From: Escherichia coli
GTDB lineage: Bacteria > Pseudomonadota > Gammaproteobacteria > Enterobacterales > Enterobacteriaceae
Strand: one strand, 5' to 3'
NCBI RefSeq assembly: GCF_013315695.1
Contig: NZ_CP054353.1
Length of the DNA stretch: 64,000 bases
Part shown: positions 1-12,863 of the stretch, piece after piece
How the letters are laid out: each line of letters opens with the position of its first letter
Position numbering within the stretch: position 1 is the first letter of the stretch
Made by a program: the position numbers and the translations under genes
Notes under the pieces: model-generated
The model's database searches: none
What the model saw: the letters and a program-made list of their open reading frames with translations, nothing else
What the model was told of the DNA's origin: nothing

Positions 1-151
1 ACATATTTATATTGTGAGTAATTTATGTAAATAATGGCTTTTTAAATTCAGAGTGTGAATAAAATTACTCGGCGTAATCTCCGCGGGATATTCATAAAGT
101 TTTTCCTTTCCTGGCCGAAAATCTTGCATCGGTCCACAGGAAAGAGAAACC

Positions 152-1813
152 ATGTTAAAACGTATCAAAATTGTGACCAGCTTACTGCTGGTTTTGGCCG
201 TTTTTGGCCTTTTACAACTGACATCAGGCGGTCTGTTCTTTAATGCCTTAAAGAATGACAAAGAAAATTTCACTGTTTTACAAACCATTCGCCAGCAGCA
301 ATCCACGCTGAATGGCAGCTGGGTCGCGTTGTTGCAGACGCGTAACACCCTCAACCGCGCGGGTATCCGCTACATGATGGATCAGAATAATATTGGTAGC
401 GGTTCAACCGTTGCTGAGCTGATGGAGAGTGCCAGTATTTCGCTGAAACAGGCGGAAAAAAACTGGGCGGATTACGAAGCGTTGCCGCGTGACCCGCGTC
501 AGAGCACCGCCGCAGCGGCAGAGATCAAACGTAATTACGATATTTATCACAATGCGCTGGCGGAGCTGATCCAACTGTTAGGTGCAGGCAAAATCAACGA
601 GTTCTTTGATCAGCCGACCCAGGGATATCAGGACGGTTTCGAGAAGCAGTATGTGGCTTACATGGAGCAAAACGATCGGCTCTATGATATCGCCGTCAGC
701 GATAATAATGCCTCCTACAGCCAGGCGATGTGGATTCTGGTGGGCGTGATGATCGTCGTACTGGCGGTCATCTTCGCCGTCTGGTTCGGTATTAAAGCCT
801 CGCTGGTAGCGCCAATGAATCGCCTGATTGACAGCATTCGTCATATTGCAGGCGGCGATCTGGTGAAACCGATTGAGGTGGATGGCTCTAATGAGATGGG
901 GCAACTGGCAGAGAGTTTGCGCCATATGCAGGGAGAGCTGATGCGTACCGTCGGTGATGTGCGCAACGGGGCCAATGCCATTTATAGCGGTGCCAGCGAA
1001 ATCGCCACCGGCAATAACGATCTCTCTTCGCGCACCGAGCAACAGGCCGCTTCGCTGGAAGAGACGGCAGCCAGCATGGAGCAACTGACCGCAACGGTGA
1101 AACAGAACGCCGAGAATGCGCGCCAGGCCAGCCACCTGGCGTTAAGTGCTTCTGAAACGGCGCAACGTGGCGGCAAAGTGGTGGATAACGTAGTACAGAC
1201 TATGCGCGATATCTCCACCAGCTCGCAGAAAATCGCCGATATTATCAGCGTAATTGACGGCATTGCCTTCCAGACCAATATTCTGGCTTTGAACGCGGCG
1301 GTTGAAGCAGCGCGTGCGGGTGAGCAAGGGCGCGGTTTTGCGGTGGTTGCGGGAGAAGTGCGTAATCTGGCCCAGCGTAGCGCCCAGGCGGCTCGTGAAA
1401 TTAAAAGCCTGATTGAAGACTCGGTGGGGAAAGTGGATGTTGGCTCTACGCTGGTCGAAAGCGCCGGGGAAACAATGGCGGAGATTGTCAGTGCTGTGAC
1501 CCGCGTGACGGACATTATGGGCGAAATAGCTTCTGCTTCTGATGAGCAGAGCCGTGGTATCGATCAGGTTGGCTTAGCGGTCGCTGAGATGGACCGGGTA
1601 ACTCAACAGAACGCTGCGCTGGTGGAAGAATCTGCCGCCGCCGCCGCGCTGGAAGAGCAGGCCAGTCGCCTGACCGAAGCTGTGGCAGTGTTCCGGATTC
1701 AGCAACAGCAGCAACATCAGCGTGAAACATCGGCTGTGGTAAAAACCGTGACGCCAGCTGCGCCGCGTAAAATGGCCGTAGCAGATAGCGGGGAGAACTG
1801 GGAAACGTTTTAA
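152..1813 (+). CDS. tsr: Methyl-accepting chemotaxis protein I (serine chemoreceptor)
   Basis: 553-aa ORF; N-terminus [27 protein letters not shown] with TM segment, HAMP and MCP signalling domain; ATG at 152. Confidence 0.95.
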   Translation: MLKRIKIVTSLLLVLAVFGLLQLTSGGLFFNALKNDKENFTVLQTIRQQQSTLNGSWVALLQTRNTLNRAGIRYMMDQNNIGSGSTVAELMESASISLKQAEKNWADYEALPRDPRQSTAAAAEIKRNYDIYHNALAELIQLLGAGKINEFFDQPTQGYQDGFEKQYVAYMEQNDRLYDIAVSDNNASYSQAMWILVGVMIVVLAVIFAVWFGIKASLVAPMNRLIDSIRHIAGGDLVKPIEVDGSNEMGQLAESLRHMQGELMRTVGDVRNGANAIYSGASEIATGNNDLSSRTEQQAASLEETAASMEQLTATVKQNAENARQASHLALSASETAQRGGKVVDNVVQTMRDISTSSQKIADIISVIDGIAFQTNILALNAAVEAARAGEQGRGFAVVAGEVRNLAQRSAQAAREIKSLIEDSVGKVDVGSTLVESAGETMAEIVSAVTRVTDIMGEIASASDEQSRGIDQVGLAVAEMDRVTQQNAALVEESAAAAALEEQASRLTEAVAVFRIQQQQQHQRETSAVVKTVTPAAPRKMAVADSGENWETF

Positions 1814-1824
1814 TCGCCATAAAA

Positions 1825-1854
1825 ATGCCCGATAAGCAAAATGTTATCGGGCAT
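1825..1854. terminator. Hairpin between convergent tsr and lgoT (likely bidirectional terminator)
   Basis: Inverted repeat atgcccgataa / ttatcgggcat read directly, located between the two convergent stop codons. Confidence 0.6.
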
Positions 1855-1861
1855 AGGGAGA

Positions 1862-3223
1862 TTAATCTTTCCGTGGGGCGTTGATCGGCTGACGAACCAG
1901 GAAGATGTACGTCAGTGCACCCGCCGCAGTGACGCAACCGCAGATGATTAGTGCCAGACGGAATGAATGGGTGGTATCAACAATAAAACCAGTAATGATC
2001 GGCGCGAAAGAGGCGCAGATGAAGCTGGCAAAGTTCTGGATACTGCCCACCGACGCCGTCATGCGAGAAGCAACTGCGACGTGGATCAAGCCCCAGCAGG
2101 ATGTTCCGGCAAAGTGAATACAAAACAGTGCCATGCCAATCAGCAGAACCGCTGTCATGGATGTTGTCGCTTGCGGTACGACCAGCGTAAAGGCGGCAGA
2201 ACAGAACATCCCGGCAATAATGCAGATCTTACGGCTTTTAATCGGAGCCATTCCCCCTTTGACCAGCCAGTCGGTAACGTAACCGTTGACCAGCATCCCG
2301 GCAGCCCCAAACAGGAAAGGGATAGCCGCCATCAATCCTGTGCTTTTTAAATCTAGGTTATAGGCTGTTTGCAGGTAACCAGGAAGCCAGGCCAGATACA
2401 GCCACGCAGTGTAGTTGATGCCACTGAATCCGAGCATCATTCCCCACATTGTGCGGTTACGGAACAGGCTGCGCCATTCGGCAAAACTGAGCGGATCTCG
2501 GCGGGCATTGACGCTACCTGCATTGAGATAAGCTTGTTCAACGGCAGTCAGTTCTACGTGCTCGCGGTTGCGATAGAGCATATACCAGCCGATGGCGAGA
2601 AAAATCCCCAGTACACCAATGGTAATAAACATCCCGCGCCAGCCCATCACCAGCATCATCGCCGCCAGAATCGGTGGGCTTACGGCAACGCCAATGGTAG
2701 AAGCTGCGTTGAAAAAGCCCATCGGGCGTCCGCGCTCTTTGATGTTGAACCAGTCGTTAATGACTTTTACACCGCATGGGTTCATCGGCGCTTCACCAAT
2801 CCCCATACCAATACGCACCAACACGAACTGCGTAAAGCTGTGCACCATGCCAGACATGGCCTGGAACAGTGACCAGAAGAACATCCCCAGTCCCAGCATC
2901 AGGCGTGGGCCTTTACGATCCAATAGTGGGCCGCAAGGAAGTTGCGCAATCCCGTAAGCGAGTGAAAACACGGAGAGCAAAGCGCCGATTTCGGTGGCAC
3001 TTAATCCCAATTCTTCACGAATCGTTAAATTTACTACCGACAGCGAACTGCGGTCGAGATAATTGATTACCGCCGCAAAAAATAATAACAACATGGCGGT
3101 GGCTTGAATGCGTTTAATTCGGGTACTGCGTTGAACTAATCCATCTGGTGGCACGGGAATATCTGCCGACGAAGATGGAGTAAATGAAGAACGCGGATCG
3201 ATGGTGATATTTTCTTTTTCCAC
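1862..3223 (-). CDS. lgoT: MFS-family L-galactonate transporter
   Basis: 453-aa ORF, multi-pass hydrophobic membrane protein with MFS-like motifs; position next to tsr as in E. coli. Confidence 0.85.
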   Translation of the reverse strand: MEKENITIDPRSSFTPSSSADIPVPPDGLVQRSTRIKRIQATAMLLLFFAAVINYLDRSSLSVVNLTIREELGLSATEIGALLSVFSLAYGIAQLPCGPLLDRKGPRLMLGLGMFFWSLFQAMSGMVHSFTQFVLVRIGMGIGEAPMNPCGVKVINDWFNIKERGRPMGFFNAASTIGVAVSPPILAAMMLVMGWRGMFITIGVLGIFLAIGWYMLYRNREHVELTAVEQAYLNAGSVNARRDPLSFAEWRSLFRNRTMWGMMLGFSGINYTAWLYLAWLPGYLQTAYNLDLKSTGLMAAIPFLFGAAGMLVNGYVTDWLVKGGMAPIKSRKICIIAGMFCSAAFTLVVPQATTSMTAVLLIGMALFCIHFAGTSCWGLIHVAVASRMTASVGSIQNFASFICASFAPIITGFIVDTTHSFRLALIICGCVTAAGALTYIFLVRQPINAPRKD

Positions 3224-3257
3224 GCCGGACTCCTATATTTATAATTTTAATTGTTTA

Positions 3258-3274
3258 CGTAATTGTGCATTACG
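3258..3274. promoter_or_regulatory. Perfect palindrome cgtaat-N5-attacg upstream of lgoT (candidate GntR-type operator)
   Basis: Read directly: cgtaattgtgcattacg, about 35-50 bp upstream of lgoT start, containing the GT..AC core typical of GntR/FadR-type sites. Confidence 0.35.
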
Positions 3275-3325
3275 CAAGGTTGACATTAACGGCAGGTTAA
3301 AGTTTTAGGACTTTACTACCGCTCA

Positions 3326-4520
<1,195 letters not shown>

Positions 4521-4649
4521 CTTGTGAGTCCATTAAAACCCGATTTAAAACATTTTTATGCGTGTGTTTTCACAAAACAGATTTTCCGTTCCGCTGCCAT
4601 TTTTCATTTTCATTGATATCTAAGGCAACAAAAAATGGAGAGCCGAATC

Positions 4650-5672
4650 ATGTCTACGATGAATGTTTTAATTTGCCAGCAGCCGAAAGAATTAGTCTGG
4701 AAACAACGCGAGATACCTATTCCGGGTGACAATGAAGCATTAATAAAAATTAAGTCTGTCGGGATTTGCGGTACCGATATTCATGCCTGGGGTGGACATC
4801 AACCATTTTTTAGTTATCCACGGGTTTTAGGCCATGAAATATGTGGGGAGATTGTTGGGCTGGGTAAAAATATTGCTGATCTTAAAAATGGTCAGCAAGT
4901 TGCTGTGATCCCTTATGTTGCCTGTCAGCAATGCCCAGCGTGTAAAAGCGGTCGTACCAATTGCTGTGAAAAAATTTCAGTCATCGGCGTGCATCAGGAT
5001 GGCGGTTTTAGTGAGTATTTGAGCGTGCCGGTGGCGAACATTTTGCCCGCAGACGGTATTGACCCGCAGGCGGCCGCATTGATTGAACCTTTCGCTATTA
5101 GCGCTCATGCGGTGCGTCGCGCAGCCATTGCTCCCGGCGAGCAGGTGCTGGTGGTCGGGGCGGGGCCAATCGGTCTGGGCGCGGCGGCAATCGCTAAAGC
5201 CGATGGCGCACAGGTGGTGGTGGCGGATACCAGTCCGGCGCGCCGTGAACATGTGGCAACGCGTCTGGAGTTGCCCGTGCTGGACCCGTCAGCCGAAGAT
5301 TTTGACGCGCAGCTGCGGGCGCAGTTTGGTGGTTCGCTGGCGCAGAAAGTGATCGACGCGACAGGTAATCAACATGCGATGAATAACACCGTGAATCTGA
5401 TTCGTCACGGCGGCACGGTGGTATTTGTCGGCCTGTTTAAAGGTGAGTTGCAGTTCTCCGATCCGGAATTCCATAAAAAAGAAACGACGATGATGGGCAG
5501 CCGCAACGCCACGCCGGAAGATTTCGCTAAAGTCGGTCGACTGATGGCGGAAGGGAAAATCACTGCTGACATGATGTTAACCCATCGCTATCCGTTCGCC
5601 ACGCTGGCAGAAACCTACGAGCGCGATGTGATTAACAATCGTGATTTGATTAAGGGTGTAATTACTTTCTGA
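4650..5672 (+). CDS. lgoD: Zn-dependent L-galactonate 5-dehydrogenase (MDR alcohol dehydrogenase family)
   Basis: ORF with GHE..CG..C zinc-ADH motifs and GxGxxG Rossmann motif; ATG at 4650 preceded by ggag; track ORF starts 15 nt earlier. Confidence 0.85.
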   Translation: MSTMNVLICQQPKELVWKQREIPIPGDNEALIKIKSVGICGTDIHAWGGHQPFFSYPRVLGHEICGEIVGLGKNIADLKNGQQVAVIPYVACQQCPACKSGRTNCCEKISVIGVHQDGGFSEYLSVPVANILPADGIDPQAAALIEPFAISAHAVRRAAIAPGEQVLVVGAGPIGLGAAAIAKADGAQVVVADTSPARREHVATRLELPVLDPSAEDFDAQLRAQFGGSLAQKVIDATGNQHAMNNTVNLIRHGGTVVFVGLFKGELQFSDPEFHKKETTMMGSRNATPEDFAKVGRLMAEGKITADMMLTHRYPFATLAETYERDVINNRDLIKGVITF

Positions 5673-5767
5673 TAAGGCGAGATTATTAAAGTTGCCATGC
5701 AGCGTCCGGGGAAGTGTTGGGCGCTGTTTTTTTGTTTCTTAATAATGTGTTGTAAGCCGTAGAAGGT

Positions 5768-5796
5768 GTGTAGGTCGCACCTTATGCGACCTACAC
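5768..5796. terminator. Perfect 12-bp stem hairpin between convergent lgoD and opgB
   Basis: gtgtaggtcgca-cctta-tgcgacctacac read directly; no strong U-tract, so could be a REP-like or RNA-stability element rather than an intrinsic terminator. Confidence 0.5.
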
Positions 5797-5808
5797 ATCA
5801 GTCAGGAA

Positions 5809-8100
5809 TTACCCTTCACGTTCTACCACTTTAATTTCCACCATGCCGATCCCGAGCTTACGCGGCGAGTGTCCGAGGATATTCCCTTCGTTGGTTGAGA
5901 CAGGTTCCGGCGGCACAATTACCAGTGTGTCGGCATCGGTTGGGTTATCGAAATGCAGTGTGGTGGTGGTCACTTCATTGCCCAGCACAAGAGTTTGTTC
6001 TTCATTGCCTACGCGTACCGGAATAGGACGGCTGGCGTTATTGCCGTATGCTTTGGCGGTAATCACCAGGTCAAATTTCTTCGGCAGCGGATGCTTGTAC
6101 TCGATTTTTACTTCATCGCCCAGCTGCGCGTTGGACCAGCGGCCCCACGACTCCGGACGGGAAATCCCGCGAAACTGTTTCACCTCTTCTGGCGCACCGG
6201 CGACGTTAAAGATGAAACTGTCGGCTTTGTAGCGAATATCGTTATCAACAATCTTCAGCGTATCGACATTGCCTTTGTAACGCGCCATGTCGATGACCGT
6301 ATCTTTAAATGCCGTTTTGCCCTTCCATGTTGTTTTGTCAACATGCTGAACAATTTGCTGACCGCCAAGCTGCCCCTGCGAGACACACCAGTCGGTGGAA
6401 AGTGCCAGTTCCGGAGCCCAGAGTTGTGCCATCTTGTAGCAACGGTCAACCCAGACGAAATTGTCGCGTGGAGCGAAATCGGCCAGCTGGAAACGCAGCG
6501 GTGCTGAGTATTCGCTTTCCGGCAGCGGTTCCACGCGTTTGTCTGAAACCCGCAACAGCAGCGGCAAACGGAAATGGCTACCCGAGAAGGCAATCATGTT
6601 TTTCTGCTGGTCGATGGTGAACTCTTTCATCTCTTTAGGGAATTTCCACAGGCGGATGATATCTGGCTTCCACGCCAATGTTTTCTCTTTGATATTGAGG
6701 AAGATTTCCGACATCGACTGCCCGGATAAACTGCTACGACCAAGTCCGAGATAGTTATCGCCACCGAGAATGTCCAGCACCGTCGCGCCGTTATCCATCG
6801 TGTTACGCTTCACTGCCAGCGTCTCTTGCTGCGGCTTGTCGCCACGAATGACAAAAAACAGGTTATTGCGATCCTGCTTATTGAGGTATTTCCACGCCGT
6901 GTTGTTCATCGCTAAATGGTCAGAAGAGACGACGATGACGGTATCTTTAAACCACGGTGACGCTTTGATTTTGTTGATAAACGTCGCGATGTTCTCCTGG
7001 CTGCAACTTACCGCGCTGAATGACTGATTAGGCTTACCGTCAAAATCATATTTTTTGCGGTTACAGGTGCGCGAGATAAAACCATCCGGGTGATGGGTAT
7101 CGACCGTCAGGGTAAACAGTGAGAATCGCTGACCTGAGCGGGAAAGCTCTTCAAACTTTTTCCACGCTTCATCGAGAACGGTATCGTCGTAGAATCCCCA
7201 GTCGTTGCGATAGTGCGGGTCGGCCACCACGCTTTTCAGCTCTTCTGAGCCGTATAAGTGGTCGAAGCCGTGCGATTTCAGGAACACATCTTTACCGGCA
7301 AAACGCAGATTCGCGCCCTGCACGAAATAGTTCTGATAACCCGAGTTTTTCAGGATATCGCCCAGACAGATGTTCTGCGGGAAGAAGCTGGAGACAGAGG
7401 CGGAGGCGTTGCCTTCAAAGGGGGCAAACAGCGGTATGCCGCACTGAGAAGCCACCATGCCCGCAATCGTGTAATCCGTTCCTGGCAGCTGCTGCGTGTG
7501 GCTGAAATCCAGGCCTTCATTTTTCAACGCGCCCAGTTCAGGCGTGAGATCCGGGAAAGCTTCGTTATCAAAATAGGTTCGCTCGAGACTTTCGCCGTAG
7601 ATATAAACCAGGTTGAGTTTCGGGTCAGGGATAGTTTTCGACGGCTCTTTATAATAAGCCGCAAAGTCCGGGTCGCCGTCGCGTGACTGGGATTTCACCA
7701 GTTCCGTTATCTGACGAAATGCCGGGCTGGCATCCACTGAACCCAGCGCCAGTAAGAGCGCCAGCAGGCTGTAACCAAAATGGTGCGGATGATGACGACG
7801 ACGGCGCAGGATCCAGCCCAGCGCACCGAACACCGCTGTCAGCCCCAGCACAATGCCGATACCCGGCAGGATGTATTTGCTGACGCCAGCACCGGTCAGG
7901 CTGTTGGTTAAGGTATAGAGAACCGCGTCGTTAATACCATCGCCAGTAAAATAGTCGCTGGCAAACAGGGTGATATTTAAAACGACAAATAGCCCCAGCA
8001 CCGTTAATGTGGCTGCAAACCACCAGGTGTTACGTCCCGCTTTCCATGCGTAAATCAGCACAGAGGCGAGAAAAAGGGCGAAAGAGAGTAGTTCTGACAA
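5809..8100 (-). CDS. opgB: Phosphoglycerol transferase I (osmoregulated periplasmic glucan biosynthesis)
   Basis: 763-aa ORF, N-terminal TM helices plus sulfatase-like domain; matches MdoB/OpgB length. Confidence 0.9.
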   Translation of the reverse strand: MSELLSFALFLASVLIYAWKAGRNTWWFAATLTVLGLFVVLNITLFASDYFTGDGINDAVLYTLTNSLTGAGVSKYILPGIGIVLGLTAVFGALGWILRRRRHHPHHFGYSLLALLLALGSVDASPAFRQITELVKSQSRDGDPDFAAYYKEPSKTIPDPKLNLVYIYGESLERTYFDNEAFPDLTPELGALKNEGLDFSHTQQLPGTDYTIAGMVASQCGIPLFAPFEGNASASVSSFFPQNICLGDILKNSGYQNYFVQGANLRFAGKDVFLKSHGFDHLYGSEELKSVVADPHYRNDWGFYDDTVLDEAWKKFEELSRSGQRFSLFTLTVDTHHPDGFISRTCNRKKYDFDGKPNQSFSAVSCSQENIATFINKIKASPWFKDTVIVVSSDHLAMNNTAWKYLNKQDRNNLFFVIRGDKPQQETLAVKRNTMDNGATVLDILGGDNYLGLGRSSLSGQSMSEIFLNIKEKTLAWKPDIIRLWKFPKEMKEFTIDQQKNMIAFSGSHFRLPLLLRVSDKRVEPLPESEYSAPLRFQLADFAPRDNFVWVDRCYKMAQLWAPELALSTDWCVSQGQLGGQQIVQHVDKTTWKGKTAFKDTVIDMARYKGNVDTLKIVDNDIRYKADSFIFNVAGAPEEVKQFRGISRPESWGRWSNAQLGDEVKIEYKHPLPKKFDLVITAKAYGNNASRPIPVRVGNEEQTLVLGNEVTTTTLHFDNPTDADTLVIVPPEPVSTNEGNILGHSPRKLGIGMVEIKVVEREG

Positions 8101-8353
8101 CGGGCGATCCTCACTAAACCGGGCCGTTTAGCCAACGTTTAAGCTTTTTGAGAAGCACAATGTAATGGCGTCGCCATATTGCTGCAATTCTAGTGTCAAA
8201 AAAATGCGATGTTGTTAGGAATTAGTTTATAAACAGACTTTTTTGATCGCGGTCGCTTCCCGTGTAACAGGGGGAAAACCGTCCAGGAGCAGGGAAAAGG
8301 GCAGGAGAGAGCCGCGTCAGCCGGGTAACAGCTAAAACGCGGCGTTTCGCGGT

Positions 8354-8848
8354 TCAGGAAATGAAGTTCAGCCCCTGCTTTAACACCAGATCGCAGGCTT
8401 TGGTTTTCACCTTTTCTGCCAGCGGAGTCGTTCCGATGTTATCCAGATTGAGTTGCTGACCATCTTTGGTTTTCAGCAAACCCTGAATACCGTCCAGATA
8501 GTTGGTGTCTTCTTTTTGCTCTTCACTGTTCAGGCCCAGCTTTTCCAGCACCTGATTCTTGATGTTTTCGGCATCGGTTACCGAAGCCAGCTTTTGCTTC
8601 GCGCAGTATTGCAGAATGCCTGCGGCGTTGTTCATGTTATCTGCGCTTAAGGCCTGGTTCCCGCTGCTAAGCAAGTTAGTTAATGACGCGAGCGACCAAC
8701 CGCCTTCCTGTGTCGTGCTGTTTTGGTTGCCAAGTTCGCTGGCGGCGCTGGAGAGCGCATCTTTCTAGGACGCAGCATGCACCCCGGTGGAAATTAATGC
8801 GCTGGCGGCAATGGCACAGCACAGAAGATGTTTAACAGTTTTCATCAT
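8354..8848 (-). pseudogene. yjjA: yjjA interrupted by in-frame amber codon (TAG at 8765-8767) after the signal peptide
   Basis: Minus-strand ATG at 8848 gives MMKTVKHLLCCAIAASALISTGVHAAS then TAG; reading continues in the same frame to the stop at 8354 (total 164 codons). Track shows only the distal 106-aa piece. Confidence 0.7.
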
Positions 8849-8896
8849 CATTACTCAAGGTGGAATTGTGTCGCAGTATACCGCCAGAAACGGGGA

Positions 8897-9634
8897 TTAA
8901 TACTCTTTACCTGTTACACGGCTACGGTAGCTATCCCAGTTGAAGATCACCCACAAACTGTTACCCAGGCGCATACGGTCCATCACGCGTTCGCCCAGCA
9001 ACTTGGTCATCTCTTCCATATTACTGTTGGTCAGCATCCCGGTTGGGCGTTTGGAAGAAGAGCGGCGATCGACGATCTGGTTGATGATCACTTTTTCGTA
9101 TTTCGATTCGGTCTGCACGCCGATCTCATCGATCACCAGCAGATCAACGTTGCTCAGATCGTTAAGCAGTTGTTCTTCGCTGGTACCGCTATTCCTGAAG
9201 GTATCTTTCATCGCCGACATAATATCGGCCACGGTGATGATCAATACGGATTTACCGCGTAGCAGCAGCTCATTGCAGATTGCCGCCGCCAGATGGTTTT
9301 TGCCGGTTCCTGGCTTACCAGAAAAGATGAAGCTGGCGATGTTGCCGTCAAACTCTTCGACATACTGGCGCGCTTTGCTTAACGCATTCATCTGCCCTTC
9401 ACACTCAACGCGATAGTTCTCAAAGGAGCAGTTCTGATGCAGTGGACGAATACCGGAGCGGTTAAAGGTGCGCTGCATTTTCATCGCCCGATTTTCACGT
9501 TCGAGAGCGGCGGAGCGGATCGCCCCTTGTTCTTTCTGCCAGGCCAGTAGTTCTTCACCCGTTTTAAACGCAGGTTTGATATGGGCAGGCATCATTTTTT
9601 GCAGGCGTTGCATCAGGTCGCCAACGTTTTTCAT
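8897..9634 (-). CDS. dnaC: DNA replication helicase loader DnaC
   Basis: 245-aa ORF with Walker A GKPGTGKNHLAAAI; adjacent to dnaT. Confidence 0.95.
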   Translation of the reverse strand: MKNVGDLMQRLQKMMPAHIKPAFKTGEELLAWQKEQGAIRSAALERENRAMKMQRTFNRSGIRPLHQNCSFENYRVECEGQMNALSKARQYVEEFDGNIASFIFSGKPGTGKNHLAAAICNELLLRGKSVLIITVADIMSAMKDTFRNSGTSEEQLLNDLSNVDLLVIDEIGVQTESKYEKVIINQIVDRRSSSKRPTGMLTNSNMEEMTKLLGERVMDRMRLGNSLWVIFNWDSYRSRVTGKEY

Positions 9635-9636
9635 CG

Positions 9637-10176
9637 TTACCCTCTGAATCCTGGTGGAATTTGGCTGTCAGGTTCGCTGACCGTATTCACATCTCGTTTC
9701 GGCAGTCCGCCGTTGCTGGCACGGCCGATTTGCAGGCTGCGCGCCAGTTTTTGTTGCCACTGTACATGGTGAAAGACTTTACCTTCCGCCTGCCAGTAGG
9801 CAATGAATGAGGCCAGTTCTTCGGTGGTCACCGGCTCTCTTAGCGCCACGCCCCATAGCGCCGCCAGGCGGATAAAGTCGGCATCGGGTTGCCAGTCCGG
9901 ATACATGGCGAATTTCCCCATGGGTACAGCAACGGGAGCGGCTTGCGGTTCCTGATAGAGTTGATCGTCCAGAGCGACATCGCTTCCCGGACGCGCCAGC
10001 TTTTCTTCCAGCGCCAGCAGTTCAGCCAGGCGTGCAGGCGTGACGGCATAAAACGCCGGGGCATTGTTAGCAAATACGGCAACCACACCGCCTTCAGCTT
10101 TTGCCAGAACGGTTTGGTGATCGTGTACCAGGGCGTCAATACCAACGACGTCCGGGGTCAAAACTCTGGAAGACAT
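9637..10176 (-). CDS. dnaT: Primosomal protein DnaT
   Basis: ORF ...[23 protein letters not shown]...; immediately upstream of dnaC in same orientation. Confidence 0.9.
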
Positions 10177-10283
10177 ACTGTTTCTCAAATATGGAACGAT
10201 GAACGAGAAGGGAGATAACTTTTATAGTAACACATGGAGGAGAGGAGGCTGTCTCTCATCCGTGTGCTTTAAGCGAGGCAATT

Positions 10284-10757
10284 TTATACGCGAGGGCGCT
10301 TGCGGTACAACCATAATCCAGGAATGGAAAGACCGATGGATAACGCACCAACAATCGATGAAGCTGTAAGAAAGTTGGTTAACAGGGTAATCATCAATGA
10401 CTCGCTGTAACCTAACTGGCTGATTTTTACCGCCGAAATCATTGCGGTATAAGCCGATATGCCAGGGAACATAGGGATAACGGCCGCCACGGTAAACACT
10501 TTCGGATGCGCCAGATACCAGCGCGACCATTGAATACCAATGGTGCCGACCAGCATAGAAGCCATAAAAGTTGACCACTCAATATTCAGCCCGCTGGTCA
10601 TTAAGATCATTCGTGAACCATGACCAATCGCGCCAAGCAGCGCACACCAGCGTAACGCCCGAACGGGAACGTTGAACACCATCGCAAAGCCGACCGCTGG
10701 AATGGCGGCGAGGATCATATCCTGCGCCAATGTAAACAGAAACTCGATCACACCCAT
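10284..10757 (-). CDS. yjjB: Inner-membrane protein YjjB (putative succinate exporter subunit)
   Basis: Hydrophobic ORF of about 157 aa overlapping the end of yjjP. Confidence 0.8.
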   Translation of the reverse strand: MGVIEFLFTLAQDMILAAIPAVGFAMVFNVPVRALRWCALLGAIGHGSRMILMTSGLNIEWSTFMASMLVGTIGIQWSRWYLAHPKVFTVAAVIPMFPGISAYTAMISAVKISQLGYSESLMITLLTNFLTASSIVGALSIGLSIPGLWLYRKRPRV

Positions 10758-11518
10758 CCGCGTAGCCCCCAAATCGTCAGTGCCATCACCACGCCGACGC
10801 AGGTAGCCAGTGTCAGCAGACTGGCGATCGCCCAGCGTGCCAGTCCGGTATTGATGTGGCCTTTAAACATATCGGCGACGGCATTAATCAACGGAAAGCC
10901 CGGCACCAGCAGCAGAACGCTGGCGGCCATCGCGATGGTGGGGGTATTGCTGAAAGTAGGGAGTTGCAAAAGCAATCCGGAAATGGTGGTGGCGGCGAAA
11001 GCGGTAAGGCAAAAGTTGATCTGTGGATGAAGATGACGTTGTGCCAGCAGCTGGCGGATATACATCGCGGCCGTACTGGCAAAGAAGGTGATGACGGCAC
11101 CATCCCAGCCACCTTTATTGAGTTTACAGAAACAGGCGCAGGAAAGGCCAACCATTAAGGCTACCAGCCATCTTGGGTAACGTAATGGCTGAATTTGGCT
11201 AAATCGTTTCTCTACGCCTTTGTAATCCAGCAGATGATGCTCCGCCAGAATCACAATGTGCTGGACTTCAGTCACCACATGCATATTAATGCCGCGATCT
11301 TGATTTTTACGTGTCGATGTCAGGCATTGCCCATCTTTAATGGTTGTCAGCACTATGGCGTTCGAAGAGATAGAACTTTCGACGCTGTCCATCCCCAACG
11401 CCCGACCCAGTCGTGAGGAAAGCTCATCAACCAACGCGCTTTCCGCACCATGTTGCAAAAGAAATAATCCACACTGGATACAAAGCCGTGTTACGGCTCG
11501 CTGTTGCTCAGTTTGCAT
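10748..11518 (-). CDS. yjjP: Inner-membrane protein YjjP (putative succinate exporter subunit)
   Basis: Membrane ORF; start taken at [12 protein letters not shown]...; track ORF extends 21 codons further upstream. Confidence 0.8.
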   Translation of the reverse strand: MQTEQQRAVTRLCIQCGLFLLQHGAESALVDELSSRLGRALGMDSVESSISSNAIVLTTIKDGQCLTSTRKNQDRGINMHVVTEVQHIVILAEHHLLDYKGVEKRFSQIQPLRYPRWLVALMVGLSCACFCKLNKGGWDGAVITFFASTAAMYIRQLLAQRHLHPQINFCLTAFAATTISGLLLQLPTFSNTPTIAMAASVLLLVPGFPLINAVADMFKGHINTGLARWAIASLLTLATCVGVVMALTIWGLRGWV

Positions 11519-12137
11519 AACTCGCCCTTTGTCATAGACGTGCTGCGTATTGTTCAGATAATGAGAATCCATTTGTATCATGAAGCACGGTTGTTTTGCG
11601 GTAGGTTAAGATCAAAATTGCGCTGATTAATCCTGGTTATCGGGAGATGCTCGGTGATAAAAAGCGAATTATCTCTCGCCGTAAACAAACTATCGCATGA
11701 ATATTATCACTATAATGAATTTGTTATTTGGCCTTTACGAGTCAGGATAATAGATAGCTGGGCGCGTTTTTTTATGTTAACAAGTTAAAACCATCAGATT
11801 TTATTGAATAAATATTGATTGTGTGATTCCCGCACTCTGCGGGAAGAGATATCATTTAATTATAAATTAAATGAATGAGATTTCTGTTTTTCATTAAGTA
11901 TTTCTAACAACTTAATGTAGATATTTTAAATGTCTCCAGGCTATTTCACCAGGTTATCATTTGATGCTAACCTTCTGACACATGCAGTGGAGTTGTTGTG
12001 CAGCAGGAGTATGCTGATATGAAAGTGAATGCTAAGGATAATTTATTCGCTTAATCTATTAATTTGCTGGAAATATTTAAGGAATGAATACCTTGAATAA
12101 ACCATCATGATTTTTAGACAGTGGATGTGGAGGAAAT

Positions 12138-12863
12138 ATGTTGCCAGGATGCTGCAAAAATGGAATTGTTATCAGTAAAATACCTGTTATGCAAGCAGGG
12201 TTAAAAGAGGTCATGAGGACTCACTTCCCTGAATATGAAATAATATCCAGCGCCTCTGCGGAGGACCTTACCTTATTACAATTACGTCGTTCCGGATTAG
12301 TCATTGCTGATTTGGCCGGTGAAAGTGAAGATCCACGTTCCGTTTGTGAGCATTATTACTCTTTAATCTCACAATATCGGGAAATTCACTGGGTTTTCAT
12401 GGTGTCACGCTCCTGGTATTCCCAGGCAGTAGAATTGCTCATGTGCCCTACGGCGACGTTATTGTCTGATGTTGAACCCATTGAGAATCTGGTCAAGACC
12501 GTACGTTCCGGCAATACGCACTCAGAGCGTATCAGCGCCATGCTGACCTCTCCGGCAATGACTGAAACTCATGATTTTAGCTATCGCTCCGTCATTCTCA
12601 CTCTTTCAGAGCGCAAGGTACTGCGGCTATTAGGTAAAGGATGGGGCATCAACCAGATAGCTTCATTGCTTAAGAAAAGTAATAAAACTATTAGCGCCCA
12701 AAAAAACAGTGCGATGCGTCGACTGGCAATTCACAGCAACGCTGAAATGTATGCATGGATAAATAGCGCGCAGGGTGCAAGAGAACTTAACTTGCCTTCT
12801 GTTTATGGAGATGCCGCAGAATGGAACACAGCCGAATTAAGAAGAGAAATGTCGCACTCATAG
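12138..12863 (+). CDS. yjjQ: LuxR-family transcriptional regulator
   Basis: 241-aa ORF with C-terminal LuxR-type HTH; AT-rich gene preceded by a long AT-rich intergenic region. Confidence 0.85.
   Translation: MLPGCCKNGIVISKIPVMQAGLKEVMRTHFPEYEIISSASAEDLTLLQLRRSGLVIADLAGESEDPRSVCEHYYSLISQYREIHWVFMVSRSWYSQAVELLMCPTATLLSDVEPIENLVKTVRSGNTHSERISAMLTSPAMTETHDFSYRSVILTLSERKVLRLLGKGWGINQIASLLKKSNKTISAQKNSAMRRLAIHSNAEMYAWINSAQGARELNLPSVYGDAAEWNTAELRREMSHS

Noticed and set aside
578-1515. Antisense ORFs (185 aa, 177 aa) within tsr
   Set aside because: Embedded opposite the conserved MCP signalling domain; Ala/Arg-rich translations typical of antisense frames in GC-rich coding DNA.
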